Under the pieces are notes generated by a model. It saw nothing but the letters and a program-made list of their open reading frames with translations. It was not told the DNA's origin and did no database searches. Positions 32,033 to 42,347 of a DNA stretch of 64,000 bases are shown piece after piece. The first letter of the stretch is position 1. Every line of letters starts with the position of its first letter. The stretch is from Oligoflexia bacterium (GTDB taxonomy: Bacteria; Bdellovibrionota; UBA1018), in the NCBI GenBank assembly GCA_963758495.1, contig CAVWVI010000003.1, positions 352,001-416,000 on the forward strand, given 5' to 3'. A program made the position numbers and the translations under genes.

Positions 32033-33363
32033 TGCTCACATACGGAATTGATTTCGGAACATCAAATTCACTTATTGGAGCCGCTGACGAAAGTGGCTTG
32101 AGGGGATTCGTACCTTTGAATCCAGGTGCACCCAATCCTGAAGTACTCAGAAGCCTACTCTATTTTCCCAATGCCAAGGAAGTATTTTTTGGAGCCAATG
32201 CCATCCAGGAATTCAGTGCTAGAGATCATACAGGAAGATTCATTCGTTCCGTGAAGAAACAATTACCCAGCCGCAGCTTTCTCGGTACTTATATTGATAA
32301 TCGCCCATTTAATCTTGAAGATCTCATCGGTGTGTTTCTCGGAGAATTACGAAAACGGGCAAATATCTATTTTGATCAAGATGTGACACGCGTTGTTTTA
32401 GGCCGTCCTGCACGTTTTGCTGTATTAGAGGCTGACGACCGCTATGCCGAAGGTCGCCTTGAACGTGCAGCTCGCATTGCAGGATTCAAAGATATTGAGT
32501 TTCTACCAGAACCTGTCGCCGCTGCATTTGGATATGGACGTAATAGTCAGGATAGCTCTGCTAGCCAAAAAAGCTGTGCTAAAACGATAAGCGAACAGGA
32601 GAATTCCAAAGTCTCCAGTTTAGTTCTTGCAGCCGACTATGGGGGAGGCACTTCTGACTTTACTATTTACCAGTTAGGTAATCGACAATTTCAGCCTTCG
32701 GACGTCATTTCAATGGGGGGCATATCTCTCGCTGGAGACGCACTGGATGCAGCACTCATGCGCCATAGAATTTCTCATTATTTTGGCACGGGTGTGCAAT
32801 ATCGAGTGCCCTTTGGATCTAATACCCTGACTATGCCAGCATATCTTATGGAGAGAATTTGTCATCCAGCAGAGATCTCCCTTTTACGTAAGCAAGATAC
32901 ATTGGAATTCTTTAGAAATGTTAAGCAGTGGGCTCTCGGAGAAGAAGATCGAGCTAAAATGGACCGGCTGTTTACATTATTAGACGATCAGCTCGGATTT
33001 CCTCTTTTTGAACGGATCGAATCCACAAAAAGAATATTATCAATGAATGAATCCACACAGTTTGAATTTAATTACCCAGATATCAATATACTTGAGACGA
33101 TCTCTAGAAAGGAGTTTGAAGAATACTCATCTTCGGCGCTCGAATCCATTTCAAAATCACTAGATAACACTCTTCACTCTGCGCAAGTTAAGCCCGAAGC
33201 TATTGACCGCGTCCTTTGCACTGGGGGAACAGCTAAAGTCCCCTGGCTTCGTCAATCTTTGATCGACCGTTTTGGTGAGAATAAGATTTTTGATCTTGAT
33301 CCATTTAAGGGGGTGGGTCGCGGCCTCATGGAACGAGCATTTGAAGTTGCCCGAATTTCCTGA
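32032..33363 (+). CDS. Hsp70-family protein (YegD-like, no substrate-binding lid)
   Basis: Motifs GIDFGTSNS, EPVAAA, DYGGGTSDF and TGGTAKVP. Confidence 0.9.
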   Translation: MLTYGIDFGTSNSLIGAADESGLRGFVPLNPGAPNPEVLRSLLYFPNAKEVFFGANAIQEFSARDHTGRFIRSVKKQLPSRSFLGTYIDNRPFNLEDLIGVFLGELRKRANIYFDQDVTRVVLGRPARFAVLEADDRYAEGRLERAARIAGFKDIEFLPEPVAAAFGYGRNSQDSSASQKSCAKTISEQENSKVSSLVLAADYGGGTSDFTIYQLGNRQFQPSDVISMGGISLAGDALDAALMRHRISHYFGTGVQYRVPFGSNTLTMPAYLMERICHPAEISLLRKQDTLEFFRNVKQWALGEEDRAKMDRLFTLLDDQLGFPLFERIESTKRILSMNESTQFEFNYPDINILETISRKEFEEYSSSALESISKSLDNTLHSAQVKPEAIDRVLCTGGTAKVPWLRQSLIDRFGENKIFDLDPFKGVGRGLMERAFEVARIS

Positions 33364-33381
33364 ATTTAAAGAAAAGTCCAC

Positions 33382-36366
33382 CTAAGAGTTCTGGCTCTCT
33401 AAGGGTAACAAAAACTTGACTATTGTGCCCTTGCCTAAGGTACTTTCAAGATGGATCGTTCCACCATGGGATTCGATAATTTTTTTTGTAAGTGAGAGAC
33501 CAATTCCCGTACCTTGGTCTGGAGATTTGGTTGTAAAAAATGGATCAAAAACTCGAGGAAGAACTGTGTTCGCAATACCTTCTCCGGTATCACTGATAGA
33601 GATTTCAATTTTGTCATGGCCACCCATTCTACATTCTCTGATTTTGACCCAAACATGTCCGCCCGCAGGTGTAGCAAAGATCCCATTCCTAATCACGTTC
33701 AGAAGAGCTGTCTCTAATTCTTGAATACAAACTCGCAATGTCATATGTGATTGGCTCAGAGTACTTTTATCAAAGCTAAGCAGAACTCGTTTCTGTTGAG
33801 CCAACGGCTCCGCGAGGGTCTCGACGGTATTAAATAGAGTTGTCAGATGAATTACTTCTTTTTTCAACGGCTTTTTCCTGGAAATATCCAGCAGGGCACG
33901 AACCAAGTGAGCACACCTCTGAGTCTGACTTTCTATTGTAGTTAGGCCATTTTTTATGAATGACTCCTCCTGCAAGGATAAACTTTTTAAAAGAAACTGC
34001 ACATTCATGAGAATGGCTCCTAAAGGATTATTTAATTCATGCGAAATTCCTGCGATCAATGTACCTACCGCAGCCATCTTCTCCGATTGCACCAAAGACT
34101 CTTGAGTTTGCCGCAGATTTTTTAGCGTAGCTTCTAAATCCAGCAACGTACGATAAAGTCGAAAGGCTGATTGCACTCGAGCTTTAAGCTCTTCAGGAGC
34201 AAATGGCTTCCCTAAATAATCATTTGCGCCCGTTTTTAACCCTCTTACGATCTCACTATAGCTTGCTTTAGCTGTTAAAAGAATAATGGGTATATGTTGA
34301 AGTTCAGAACTTCCTTTAATGTGCGCCACAAGCTCTAAACCATCCATTTCAGGCATCATAATATCCGACACAATAATGTCGGGGCGCTTGACCTGGATTG
34401 CACTTAATGCTTGTAGTCCATTCTCAGCTTTATCGATACTATAGTCGTTAGTCAGAATTTCTGAAATATATTCACGCATATCTGCATTATCTTCAACAAT
34501 AAGCACTAAAGGTTTTTCAGCTTTTCCTTCTTCCTTTTCCTTTTCCTTCTCATTTTCCTTCTTGAAAACATCAGTGGGCGTGAGTGATATTTCCTTGAAC
34601 ATGAGTTCAGTTCGATGATCGGCTGCAGAATGACCTCCTGAAGAGCGCAAGAGATCAGCCCTTGACTTCATGATAGGGTCGGCACTTTTCGAGAACCGAA
34701 CAAAGAATCTTGAACCCTTTCCGGGTTCGCTTTCCAAACCTACTTGACCCCCCATAAGATGTGTGAATTCTTTAACCAGAGCTAAACCAATTCCTGTTCC
34801 CTCGTGTTTTCTTGTTGTCGAGCTGTCGAGCTGCTGGAATCTCTGAAAGAGTAGTCTTTGCTTTTCAGGAGCAATACCAGGCCCAGAATCCGAGACAGAA
34901 AGCTCAATACTCTCTTTAATTGAACGAAGCTCCACCTGGATCCATCCTCCTTGAGGTGTGAATTTGAGCGCATTGCCGAGGAGGTTGAGTATAATTTTTT
35001 CAAATTTTCCCCAGTCCAATGGAATTTGGCCTAAATCTGAATCGCATTTGAATTGGAGTTTAAGTCCCCTTTTTTCTGCTGTTGAAGATACATCTGTAAC
35101 GATCTCTCTTACTAAACATGCCGGATCGACAAGCTCCCAATGAACCTGAGTTTTTCCAGCTTCAATTTTAGAAAAATCTAAGATGTCATTCACAAGCGCG
35201 TACAATCGTGAACCATTCCTCCGAATTCGTTCCAACTCCACTCGAAGCCTGGGAGACAATTCTGGCTGCATAGTCGAAAGAATCATCTCTAAAGGTCCGA
35301 GAATTAATGTCAGGGGTGTTCTGATTTCATGACTGATCGTAGTTAAAAACTCGCTCTTGGCTTGAGCAGCTGCCTCGGCAGCTTTCTTTGCCTTTTCAAG
35401 CTCTTCTTCCATTCGCTTTCGTTCTGTAATGTCTACGAAGCTTCCAAGAAGGCCAATGATGCTTCCCTCTTCATTACGAAGTGGCACCTTACTTGTCAGT
35501 AAAATGCGCTCTCCACTCCCCTCTTGCCTCTGAGGTTCCTCAATATCTATCATAGGCTCGCCACTTTCCATGACAGCGAAATCACACTTTCTGAAATAAT
35601 CGGCCTGTTCTTTTGGGAAAAAATCATAATCGTTCTTTCCAATGAACTCGTCGATTGTATTGACTCCTAATGCCTTATTGAGAAAGTTGATATTTCCACC
35701 TAGAAAGCGGTCTTCTCGATCCTTCCAAAAAATAGCGTGTGGAACAAAATTGATAATGTACTGAAGCAGAATCTGCTGTTTACGAAGCTCTTCTTCAGCC
35801 CTTCTCCGTTCTGTTACATTGTGCATGGAGGCAATCGCACCTATTTTCTTACCTTGAGAATCAAAAATTGCTTGTGCATCCACCGACACACGAATTAATG
35901 GGGCATTCTTTGGAGCAATGACCATTTCTAAATTATGCACCTTTTCACCTTGAAGTGCACGATAGAGTGGAATATCTTCCTTTTCTAAAGGTATTTTTCC
36001 ATCCGGCCTATAGAGATCATAATGTTGTGCCCACTGCTCGGGAGGAATTGGGCTCTCTGAAAAACCATGAAATTCTCGTGAGGCACGATTAAAGACCGTT
36101 AAGATACCGTTTGAATCACAGGCAACAATTCCGTCTTTCATATTATTCAGTACAGCAGTCAAAAACTCCTTCTCATTATAGAGAGCTTCTTCGATTCGCC
36201 TGCGACTGACGATTTGCTCTCTCATCCGATCATTTGACTGGGAAAGTTCAATTGTTCTTGCCTTAACTCTTTCCTCCAACTCTTCGTGCACTTGTCGAAG
36301 CTCCTCTTGCGTACGCTTCAGAGTGCGCTTCAGCTCTACCAGATTGTCTTTATCTTCACTGACCAT
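33382..36366 (-). CDS. Hybrid sensor kinase PAS-PAS-HisKA-HATPase-REC-HisKA-HATPase
   Basis: Two H-boxes (SHEIRTPL, SHELNNPL), two G-box sets and a receiver DIMMP. Confidence 0.9.
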   Translation of the reverse strand: MVSEDKDNLVELKRTLKRTQEELRQVHEELEERVKARTIELSQSNDRMREQIVSRRRIEEALYNEKEFLTAVLNNMKDGIVACDSNGILTVFNRASREFHGFSESPIPPEQWAQHYDLYRPDGKIPLEKEDIPLYRALQGEKVHNLEMVIAPKNAPLIRVSVDAQAIFDSQGKKIGAIASMHNVTERRRAEEELRKQQILLQYIINFVPHAIFWKDREDRFLGGNINFLNKALGVNTIDEFIGKNDYDFFPKEQADYFRKCDFAVMESGEPMIDIEEPQRQEGSGERILLTSKVPLRNEEGSIIGLLGSFVDITERKRMEEELEKAKKAAEAAAQAKSEFLTTISHEIRTPLTLILGPLEMILSTMQPELSPRLRVELERIRRNGSRLYALVNDILDFSKIEAGKTQVHWELVDPACLVREIVTDVSSTAEKRGLKLQFKCDSDLGQIPLDWGKFEKIILNLLGNALKFTPQGGWIQVELRSIKESIELSVSDSGPGIAPEKQRLLFQRFQQLDSSTTRKHEGTGIGLALVKEFTHLMGGQVGLESEPGKGSRFFVRFSKSADPIMKSRADLLRSSGGHSAADHRTELMFKEISLTPTDVFKKENEKEKEKEEGKAEKPLVLIVEDNADMREYISEILTNDYSIDKAENGLQALSAIQVKRPDIIVSDIMMPEMDGLELVAHIKGSSELQHIPIILLTAKASYSEIVRGLKTGANDYLGKPFAPEELKARVQSAFRLYRTLLDLEATLKNLRQTQESLVQSEKMAAVGTLIAGISHELNNPLGAILMNVQFLLKSLSLQEESFIKNGLTTIESQTQRCAHLVRALLDISRKKPLKKEVIHLTTLFNTVETLAEPLAQQKRVLLSFDKSTLSQSHMTLRVCIQELETALLNVIRNGIFATPAGGHVWVKIRECRMGGHDKIEISISDTGEGIANTVLPRVFDPFFTTKSPDQGTGIGLSLTKKIIESHGGTIHLESTLGKGTIVKFLLPLESQNS

Positions 36367-36422
36367 TTTGCCCCACTCATCAGATCCTTATTGATCTGAG
36401 GTTTAAACGTATTTGACAGTCC

Positions 36423-38810
36423 TCACCCCGTTGTAAGCATTCCACTCGCTATCCCTGTCACAGTATGACGAAACAGAGAAGAGTCCTGCCCTTCAATTGC
36501 AAGAATCTGTAAAAGATTGAGAGGATGAATCATGGGAGCACGCAATCGAATACTAGCACCCAACCAAGGTCGGAACCAGAGCAGATTATCTTGCTCAGAA
36601 ATAAATTTAATAAATTCTAGGGTAAATTGAAATTCATCGTCAAAAAGTGTTTCAATACGAATGATGAGATCCCTAGCTAAACCGCTTTCACTCAGATAAA
36701 GTTTCCAAATAGGTAATTCTACTTTTGCAAGTGTAAATCCTAAAGCTCTCACAAAGGATGAAAATACTGGCTCTTTATAAAAAGCTTCGCGCAACTCCAT
36801 CCGAGATTGATGATCAAAGCTTTTCCAAGTGGACCCGACTCCCCACCAAGTTGGAAATAGCACTCGTGTTTGGGTCCAACATAAAACCCAGGGAATCGCA
36901 CGTAAGGATTGCACAGAAAGCTGCGTATTTCGACGAGCAGGTCTAGATCCAATTTTCAGTAAATTTAAATAAGAATAAGGAGTTGATTTTTCTACTGTTT
37001 TTAGAAAATCTGAATCTTCAATTATCTTTCGATATTTCTCTGAAACTCGATCTGAAAATTCTTGAACAATGGAAAGGTGAGGTGTCACTGAAGATCGATC
37101 AAGAGAATGATTCGCACTTGCTGCAATCCTTTCAATCTGACCTCGTGTAATTTCTGGGGTAGAAAGCGAACGTTCGACCATCTCACCTTGTATTGTTACT
37201 TTATAGATTTGCAATGCTGAAGCTGGCCACCACGCAGTTTGATCTTGAACACTCCCACCACCACGATCGACGCTCCCCCCGGAGCCTTGAAAGAACACAG
37301 GTTTTACTTTCTCAACCTTCTCTGCATTCTCATACTTGCATATAAGATCTATTCGATTCATAGCTTGAGCTATCGCAAGACGACTTGGAAAAACCCCGCT
37401 CTCTTTTGCTGAATCCGAGTAACCTAACATGACTTCAAGACTCCCACCCCAATTCTCCGAAATATCTTTTCCAATCAAAGGATCTTGAATCATTTGAAGA
37501 ACGATTTCCGCCGCTCCATCCAGCGACTCCATCTGTTCAAACAGTGGAATCACCGGAATTCTTGCGCAGCCAAATACCTTATGTACTTTTGTATGAGCTG
37601 CACGCAAATGCTCGATTGAATTCGCCATGCTCACAATGAACCCACGAGTATACCATCGTGGGTCTCCTCCTTGAGCAATTTGAGAAATTAAGTCGAGCAT
37701 ACGATCGATTGCGAGCTTCGATCTTTCTTTAGGATTAGACATCAAAATATCCGAAGACTCCCGAAGCTCAAGCGGAACGACCAAACCAGGAAATACATGA
37801 AAAAGTTGTTTCAATCGTATCAATAGAGGGTGAATTACGCCTATCTGGGTTTCATATTTACTCATAACTCGACGGAGCTTTTTACGAACCTTCATGACCC
37901 GAGCCCCATCACGACTTCGAATTTCTCGAAGCAAAATAAATTTATGAGATAATTCAGATAAATCTGACTTAATGGATAAACTCGGAAGCAATGAAAGAGA
38001 TTCTCCTACTCCCATTAAACAGCTTTTGGCAAAGCGAATGAGATGCGCTCTTGAAATCATCAGACTTTCACGCATGACTTTTTCATCGACAGCTGGATGC
38101 CCGTCTTTATCTCCCCCAACCCAACTCCGTACATAAACGGGAACAACCTCTCGACTCGCATCTAAAAGACTTGTCAAAGTGGCATTCGCTAGGAGCAGTG
38201 AGTAAATATGCTCAGCTTCATCTTTTACATGAGGAGTTCGTTCTCGAACTATGGAAATTCTCCAAGCAAGCTCTAAATCATGGCGAAGTTTATTTTCTAA
38301 ACTCACTTTTAAAAAATCTCCATTCAATGCATCCATTAACGTACGCTGAATTGAATGAAAAACGAGGATATTTTGAGGAGAACGAGCTTCAGTCGGATGA
38401 GCAGTGAGGACATAAATAATAGTTTCAATATTTAATTTTGACTCTACCCCTCCTTCTTTTGACAAGTTCAAATGTTTCAGTCGCGCGTGCTGCGCTAAAC
38501 GACAACTTCGGTAAGCATTTTCGCAACCGTTCATGAGCTCAAGCATTAGAGTGAAGGATCGCGCCACAATCATTCGTTCTTTTGAGTTCATCTGACGCAG
38601 TTGAACCAACTGCTCTTGGAGGACTCTCTTAACTATAAGATCGTCACTCTCTCGCAATCGCGTCATATTTATACGCAAGGTTTCAATAGCATGAAAAAGC
38701 TGTTCCCCCACTTCACGTTTTATGACCCCTCCCAGAAGCTCAACAGACCACTTCACAAGTTCACGTAATTCGATCGGTAACGAATCCATTTCTGGAAGAT
38801 CTCGAATCAT
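36423..38810 (-). CDS. ppc: Phosphoenolpyruvate carboxylase
   Basis: Motifs LTAHPTE, SWVGGDKDGHP, VIPLFE, VMLGYSDSAKESG and LRAIPW; ends GMLTTG. Confidence 0.88.
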   Translation of the reverse strand: MIRDLPEMDSLPIELRELVKWSVELLGGVIKREVGEQLFHAIETLRINMTRLRESDDLIVKRVLQEQLVQLRQMNSKERMIVARSFTLMLELMNGCENAYRSCRLAQHARLKHLNLSKEGGVESKLNIETIIYVLTAHPTEARSPQNILVFHSIQRTLMDALNGDFLKVSLENKLRHDLELAWRISIVRERTPHVKDEAEHIYSLLLANATLTSLLDASREVVPVYVRSWVGGDKDGHPAVDEKVMRESLMISRAHLIRFAKSCLMGVGESLSLLPSLSIKSDLSELSHKFILLREIRSRDGARVMKVRKKLRRVMSKYETQIGVIHPLLIRLKQLFHVFPGLVVPLELRESSDILMSNPKERSKLAIDRMLDLISQIAQGGDPRWYTRGFIVSMANSIEHLRAAHTKVHKVFGCARIPVIPLFEQMESLDGAAEIVLQMIQDPLIGKDISENWGGSLEVMLGYSDSAKESGVFPSRLAIAQAMNRIDLICKYENAEKVEKVKPVFFQGSGGSVDRGGGSVQDQTAWWPASALQIYKVTIQGEMVERSLSTPEITRGQIERIAASANHSLDRSSVTPHLSIVQEFSDRVSEKYRKIIEDSDFLKTVEKSTPYSYLNLLKIGSRPARRNTQLSVQSLRAIPWVLCWTQTRVLFPTWWGVGSTWKSFDHQSRMELREAFYKEPVFSSFVRALGFTLAKVELPIWKLYLSESGLARDLIIRIETLFDDEFQFTLEFIKFISEQDNLLWFRPWLGASIRLRAPMIHPLNLLQILAIEGQDSSLFRHTVTGIASGMLTTG

Positions 38811-38823
38811 AAAAAGGTACTCT

Positions 38824-39216
38824 CTATTCTCCAAGCGCCTGCCGCACAAGAGCAAGAACTTCATCTAATCCAAACGGCTTTCGAATATAGCCAAATGCTC
38901 CAAGTCTCTGATATTCATTAATAACTTCATCCGTTATAAAACCACTTGCAATAATAACAGGCAACGCTGAATCAAGCTTTTTTAATTCGGCTAGTGTTTC
39001 CAGACCGCTAATACCAGGCATCTTGAGATCCGTCATGGCAAGATCAAAGTGTCCTATTTTTGCAGCATGTATTGCATCTTTTCCGTTTGTAGCCGTGGCC
39101 ACATCGTATCCTGTATATTCAAGAATGAGTTTCAATGCATTGAGGATCGCAAGGTCATCGTCAATCACTAGGATTTTAAATTTATTCCTATGAACGTTAT
39201 TTAAAGTAGAGTCCAT
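38824..39216 (-). CDS. Single-domain response regulator
   Basis: Motifs ILVIDDD, TDLKMP and KPF. Confidence 0.9.
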   Translation of the reverse strand: MDSTLNNVHRNKFKILVIDDDLAILNALKLILEYTGYDVATATNGKDAIHAAKIGHFDLAMTDLKMPGISGLETLAELKKLDSALPVIIASGFITDEVINEYQRLGAFGYIRKPFGLDEVLALVRQALGE

Positions 39217-39440
39217 CTAGTGGTTCTCGCTTTCTAAGGGTAATAAAAGCTTGATCGTCGCACCCTTGCTTAAGGTACTTTCAAGATGAATAGTTCCGCT
39301 CACAAGATAGTTAAATTTTTTAATTAGAGGCAAACCTATTCCCATTCCCTCATCTTTTCTTGTAGTCGAACTATCGAGCTGCTCAAATCTTTGAAAGAGT
39401 AACCTTTGTTGTTCAAAAGCAATACCAGGCCCAGAAGAAG
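39217..39440 (-). pseudogene. Chimeric HATPase remnant of a paralog of the 33382..36366 kinase
   Basis: Matches kinase HATPase-1 (about 34760-34890) joined to the kinase's extreme C-terminus (about 33382-33463). Confidence 0.8.
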
Positions 39441-39612
39441 CGCCTGAAACGCTCTCACCCACCAATCGACCCACATCGAGATAGTTTTATAATTTTCTAA
39501 CACTTTACCCCCTTTGTCTAGATTCCCTATTTTTTCGGATCAAAATAAGTAATTGCAAGTCAATAGGTTCATTACTTTGTCACTAATATTGCAGATTACA
39601 TTTATAGGACTT

Positions 39613-40581
39613 ATGAAAAAAGACCCATGGCCAAAACTACCTTACACAGACTGGAAAAAGACTCGTGATACTCTCCATAGGTGGATCCAGATTATTGGGA
39701 AAGTTCGAACTACCCAAACGCCGTGGACAAATCATTCTTGGAATTCTACTCTCTATGTCACCTCAAGAGGCATGACAACCTCTCTCATCCCAAATAGCAT
39801 TCGCAACTTTTCGATTGACTTTGACTTCATTCATCATCGTCTTGAAATCCTAGCAAGTGATGGAACACAACGTCGATTTCCGCTAAAAAGTGAATCAGTA
39901 GCAAGTTTCTATGAACGCTTTTGTGCCATTATGTCAGATCTCGGGATTACACTTTTATTTGTACCGCGACCCAACGAAGTTCCAGATCCCATTCCTTTTG
40001 CCAACGACACGAACCACTCCACTTATGATCCTGAAGCTGCCTATCGATTTTGGCAGACTTTAGTACAAGTCACTACAGTATTTCAAGAATTTCGTTCAAA
40101 ATTTTTAGGCAAATGTAGCCCAGTCCATTTTTTCTGGGGAAGTCTAGATCTCGCAGTAACCCGTTTCTCAGGGCGTAGAGCTCCTGAGCATCCAGGAGGA
40201 ATTCCAAATCTTTCAGATGAAGTTGTTAAAGAAGCTTACTCTCATGAAGTGAGTAGTTGTGGATTCTGGCCGGGAAATAACATGATTCCTTATCCCGCAT
40301 TCTATAGTTATGCTTACCCACAACCAGACGGGTTTGAGACAGCACAAAAAATCGTAGACGCTGCCTTTTATAATCATACACTTAAAGAATATATTTTACC
40401 TTATGACGAAGTAAGAACCTATTTTGCGCCTAAAGACTTACTTCTTTCATTTCTCCAAAATACTTACGAATGTGCAGCAAATCTTGGAAACTGGGACCGC
40501 AACCTCTTGGAAGACAGCTATTATCTAAATATTCTCCAGGAAAAACAAAAAAAATCACATATAATATTAAGATCAGCATAA
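39613..40581 (+). CDS. DUF5996-like conserved protein
   Basis: Motifs WP.L.Y..W..T..TLH.W.QI.GKVR, SPVHFFWGS.DLAVTRFSGR and EAYSHEVSS.GFWPG. Confidence 0.75.
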   Translation: MKKDPWPKLPYTDWKKTRDTLHRWIQIIGKVRTTQTPWTNHSWNSTLYVTSRGMTTSLIPNSIRNFSIDFDFIHHRLEILASDGTQRRFPLKSESVASFYERFCAIMSDLGITLLFVPRPNEVPDPIPFANDTNHSTYDPEAAYRFWQTLVQVTTVFQEFRSKFLGKCSPVHFFWGSLDLAVTRFSGRRAPEHPGGIPNLSDEVVKEAYSHEVSSCGFWPGNNMIPYPAFYSYAYPQPDGFETAQKIVDAAFYNHTLKEYILPYDEVRTYFAPKDLLLSFLQNTYECAANLGNWDRNLLEDSYYLNILQEKQKKSHIILRSA

Positions 40582-40611
40582 GTTATTCAACACTAAGCTC
40601 GAGTTCTTTAA

Positions 40612-41445
40612 CTAAAAAGTAAATCCAAGTTGAAGCCCACTCTGAAGTATAAGACTTGAACTATAAGGAATCATAGAAACTTGCGCCCCCAAGTGCAACG
40701 CTGACTGGGAAGGCCGCCAACGCATTCCTAGAGAATAAAAGAAAACGGAAGACGAGGGAACAAACGAGATCCCTGTCTCCGCAAATGAGAAAAGAAGCAG
40801 ACCATAGTCAATCCCACACCACGCGCTCCAACTTTCTCTTCCTGTCTGCTCTTCCCAGAAGGCAGGCTCTATCGGAAGCCGAACTCCTCCTCCAAACATA
40901 AAATTATTCACCCCACTCTCTAGACCTCCAACATTAAATCCACCAGAGAATAAGTGAAGACCTAAACGCCGTTTAATCCAAAAAGTAGTTTGTTCATTGA
41001 TCATGAATGAGTTAGGAGGCGAAGATTCTCGATTATTAAGAGAAGTAAAATAGAGAAGCCCCCCTTCTGGCTCGAAGGAAAGCCAAGGCGATGAATCACC
41101 CTCATTATCTGGCCATACCAGAAAGAGAAGAGAACCTGTTAGAATACCCGCACCAGTCACAGCCAGATGGTTAAAATTAAAAATAGGATCATAAAATTCT
41201 TGCTTTGAAAACTGCACAGCTAGGATTGCAAGGGCAGGTATGAGTACTGCTGGAGCTGTGCTGACACCAGCTTCCTTAAGAAGAAAAGCTCCAGTTAATG
41301 CCCCCTGAAGTGGAGGAAAAAAATGAGTTATCCCGTCATAGTCAGTAAAATAGGTGGACTCCGCATAAGAATAGTTACTGAATAATAAATAAAATCCAAA
41401 AATGAACTGTAATTTTTTTAATTTTAGTTTAACTCTATGCTTCAT
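40612..41445 (-). CDS. Hypothetical exported protein with a C-terminal beta-barrel
   Basis: Signal peptide; ends GLQLGFTF. Confidence 0.5.
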   Translation of the reverse strand: MKHRVKLKLKKLQFIFGFYLLFSNYSYAESTYFTDYDGITHFFPPLQGALTGAFLLKEAGVSTAPAVLIPALAILAVQFSKQEFYDPIFNFNHLAVTGAGILTGSLLFLVWPDNEGDSSPWLSFEPEGGLLYFTSLNNRESSPPNSFMINEQTTFWIKRRLGLHLFSGGFNVGGLESGVNNFMFGGGVRLPIEPAFWEEQTGRESWSAWCGIDYGLLLFSFAETGISFVPSSSVFFYSLGMRWRPSQSALHLGAQVSMIPYSSSLILQSGLQLGFTF

Positions 41446-41544
41446 AATTTTTGGAAGATAATCTTATTTTATACTGTGTGAATGCTTTTTGAGAAGCGTA
41501 TTCGTTACAAGTAAGATAGGGTTCGTGTTTTAGTATTTTTTAAA

Positions 41545-42345
41545 TTAAAAACCAAAAACAACCATAAAGGCAAATGAGTTAACCGTACTCCCTTGCACTG
41601 CTAATGGACTCAACGCAGTCGTACTACCACTGCTGTTGCTAAAATTTGCAGTTGTATCAGAATAAGTTTCACGGGCGACTCGGAACATCAACATTTTCCA
41701 TTGAAGAGCCGCCATTAGACCTACACTACTCTGACTCATTGTAAAACTTGGAGTGGTATAATCACTAAAGCTGTACATCCGGAGATTGTAAGATAACTTT
41801 GGGCCTATGCTGAGAGACCAGTTTCCAAAAAGCAACGGATAGACAGGAATAGCAATATAGGCTCCAAAACCAAACATAAAGGGGTCAGGAGTAGTTGTAG
41901 ACGTACTGGTAGAGGCATTGACTCCATTTGTTGTAGGTTTATTAGAATTACTAGATGACGAGGTATCTGAAGATACCTTAAAACCCATATCGAAATTAAA
42001 CCCTCCCTGTATCCCTACTATTCCATGAATGCGCTTCTCCATAAAAAGCAAGAGAGAGCCAAATCCATTTAGATTTGGATTTTGATAAGAGTTGGGAGAA
42101 TAACCAAATCCAACACCCCCTCCAAATCCATTTCTGGCGTTATGCAATCTCTGAGTACCTAATTCAGTTTCAGTAGAAACAAGTGAAGGTTCATTTGAAT
42201 TCGGATCAAAAGCGCTCTCTTCGAAATAAATAGCCTTTGCCTGTGACGGAAATAATAGCATCGTTCCAATGAACGACACGAGAAGAAGCTGCTTTAATCT
42301 ATTCAGGCCGATTGGGAAACTATTCAGATTATAAATAAATTGCAT
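41545..42345 (-). CDS. Hypothetical outer-membrane beta-barrel protein
   Basis: Signal peptide (AKA); ends FMVVFGF; GAGG RBS. Confidence 0.55.
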   Translation of the reverse strand: MQFIYNLNSFPIGLNRLKQLLLVSFIGTMLLFPSQAKAIYFEESAFDPNSNEPSLVSTETELGTQRLHNARNGFGGGVGFGYSPNSYQNPNLNGFGSLLLFMEKRIHGIVGIQGGFNFDMGFKVSSDTSSSSNSNKPTTNGVNASTSTSTTTPDPFMFGFGAYIAIPVYPLLFGNWSLSIGPKLSYNLRMYSFSDYTTPSFTMSQSSVGLMAALQWKMLMFRVARETYSDTTANFSNSSGSTTALSPLAVQGSTVNSFAFMVVFGF

Positions 42346-42347
42346 TT

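Noticed and set aside
31995..32040. Histone-Hsp70 fusion through a missing A
   Set aside because: Adding one A would join the frames, but it would not restore the histone tail, and the Hsp70 has a normal N-terminus (MLTYGIDFGT).
42061..42085. TTTAGATTTGGAT match to the palindrome loop
   Set aside because: It lies inside a coding region (NPNLNGF) and lacks the GCCG/CGGC stem and long arms; treated as chance.
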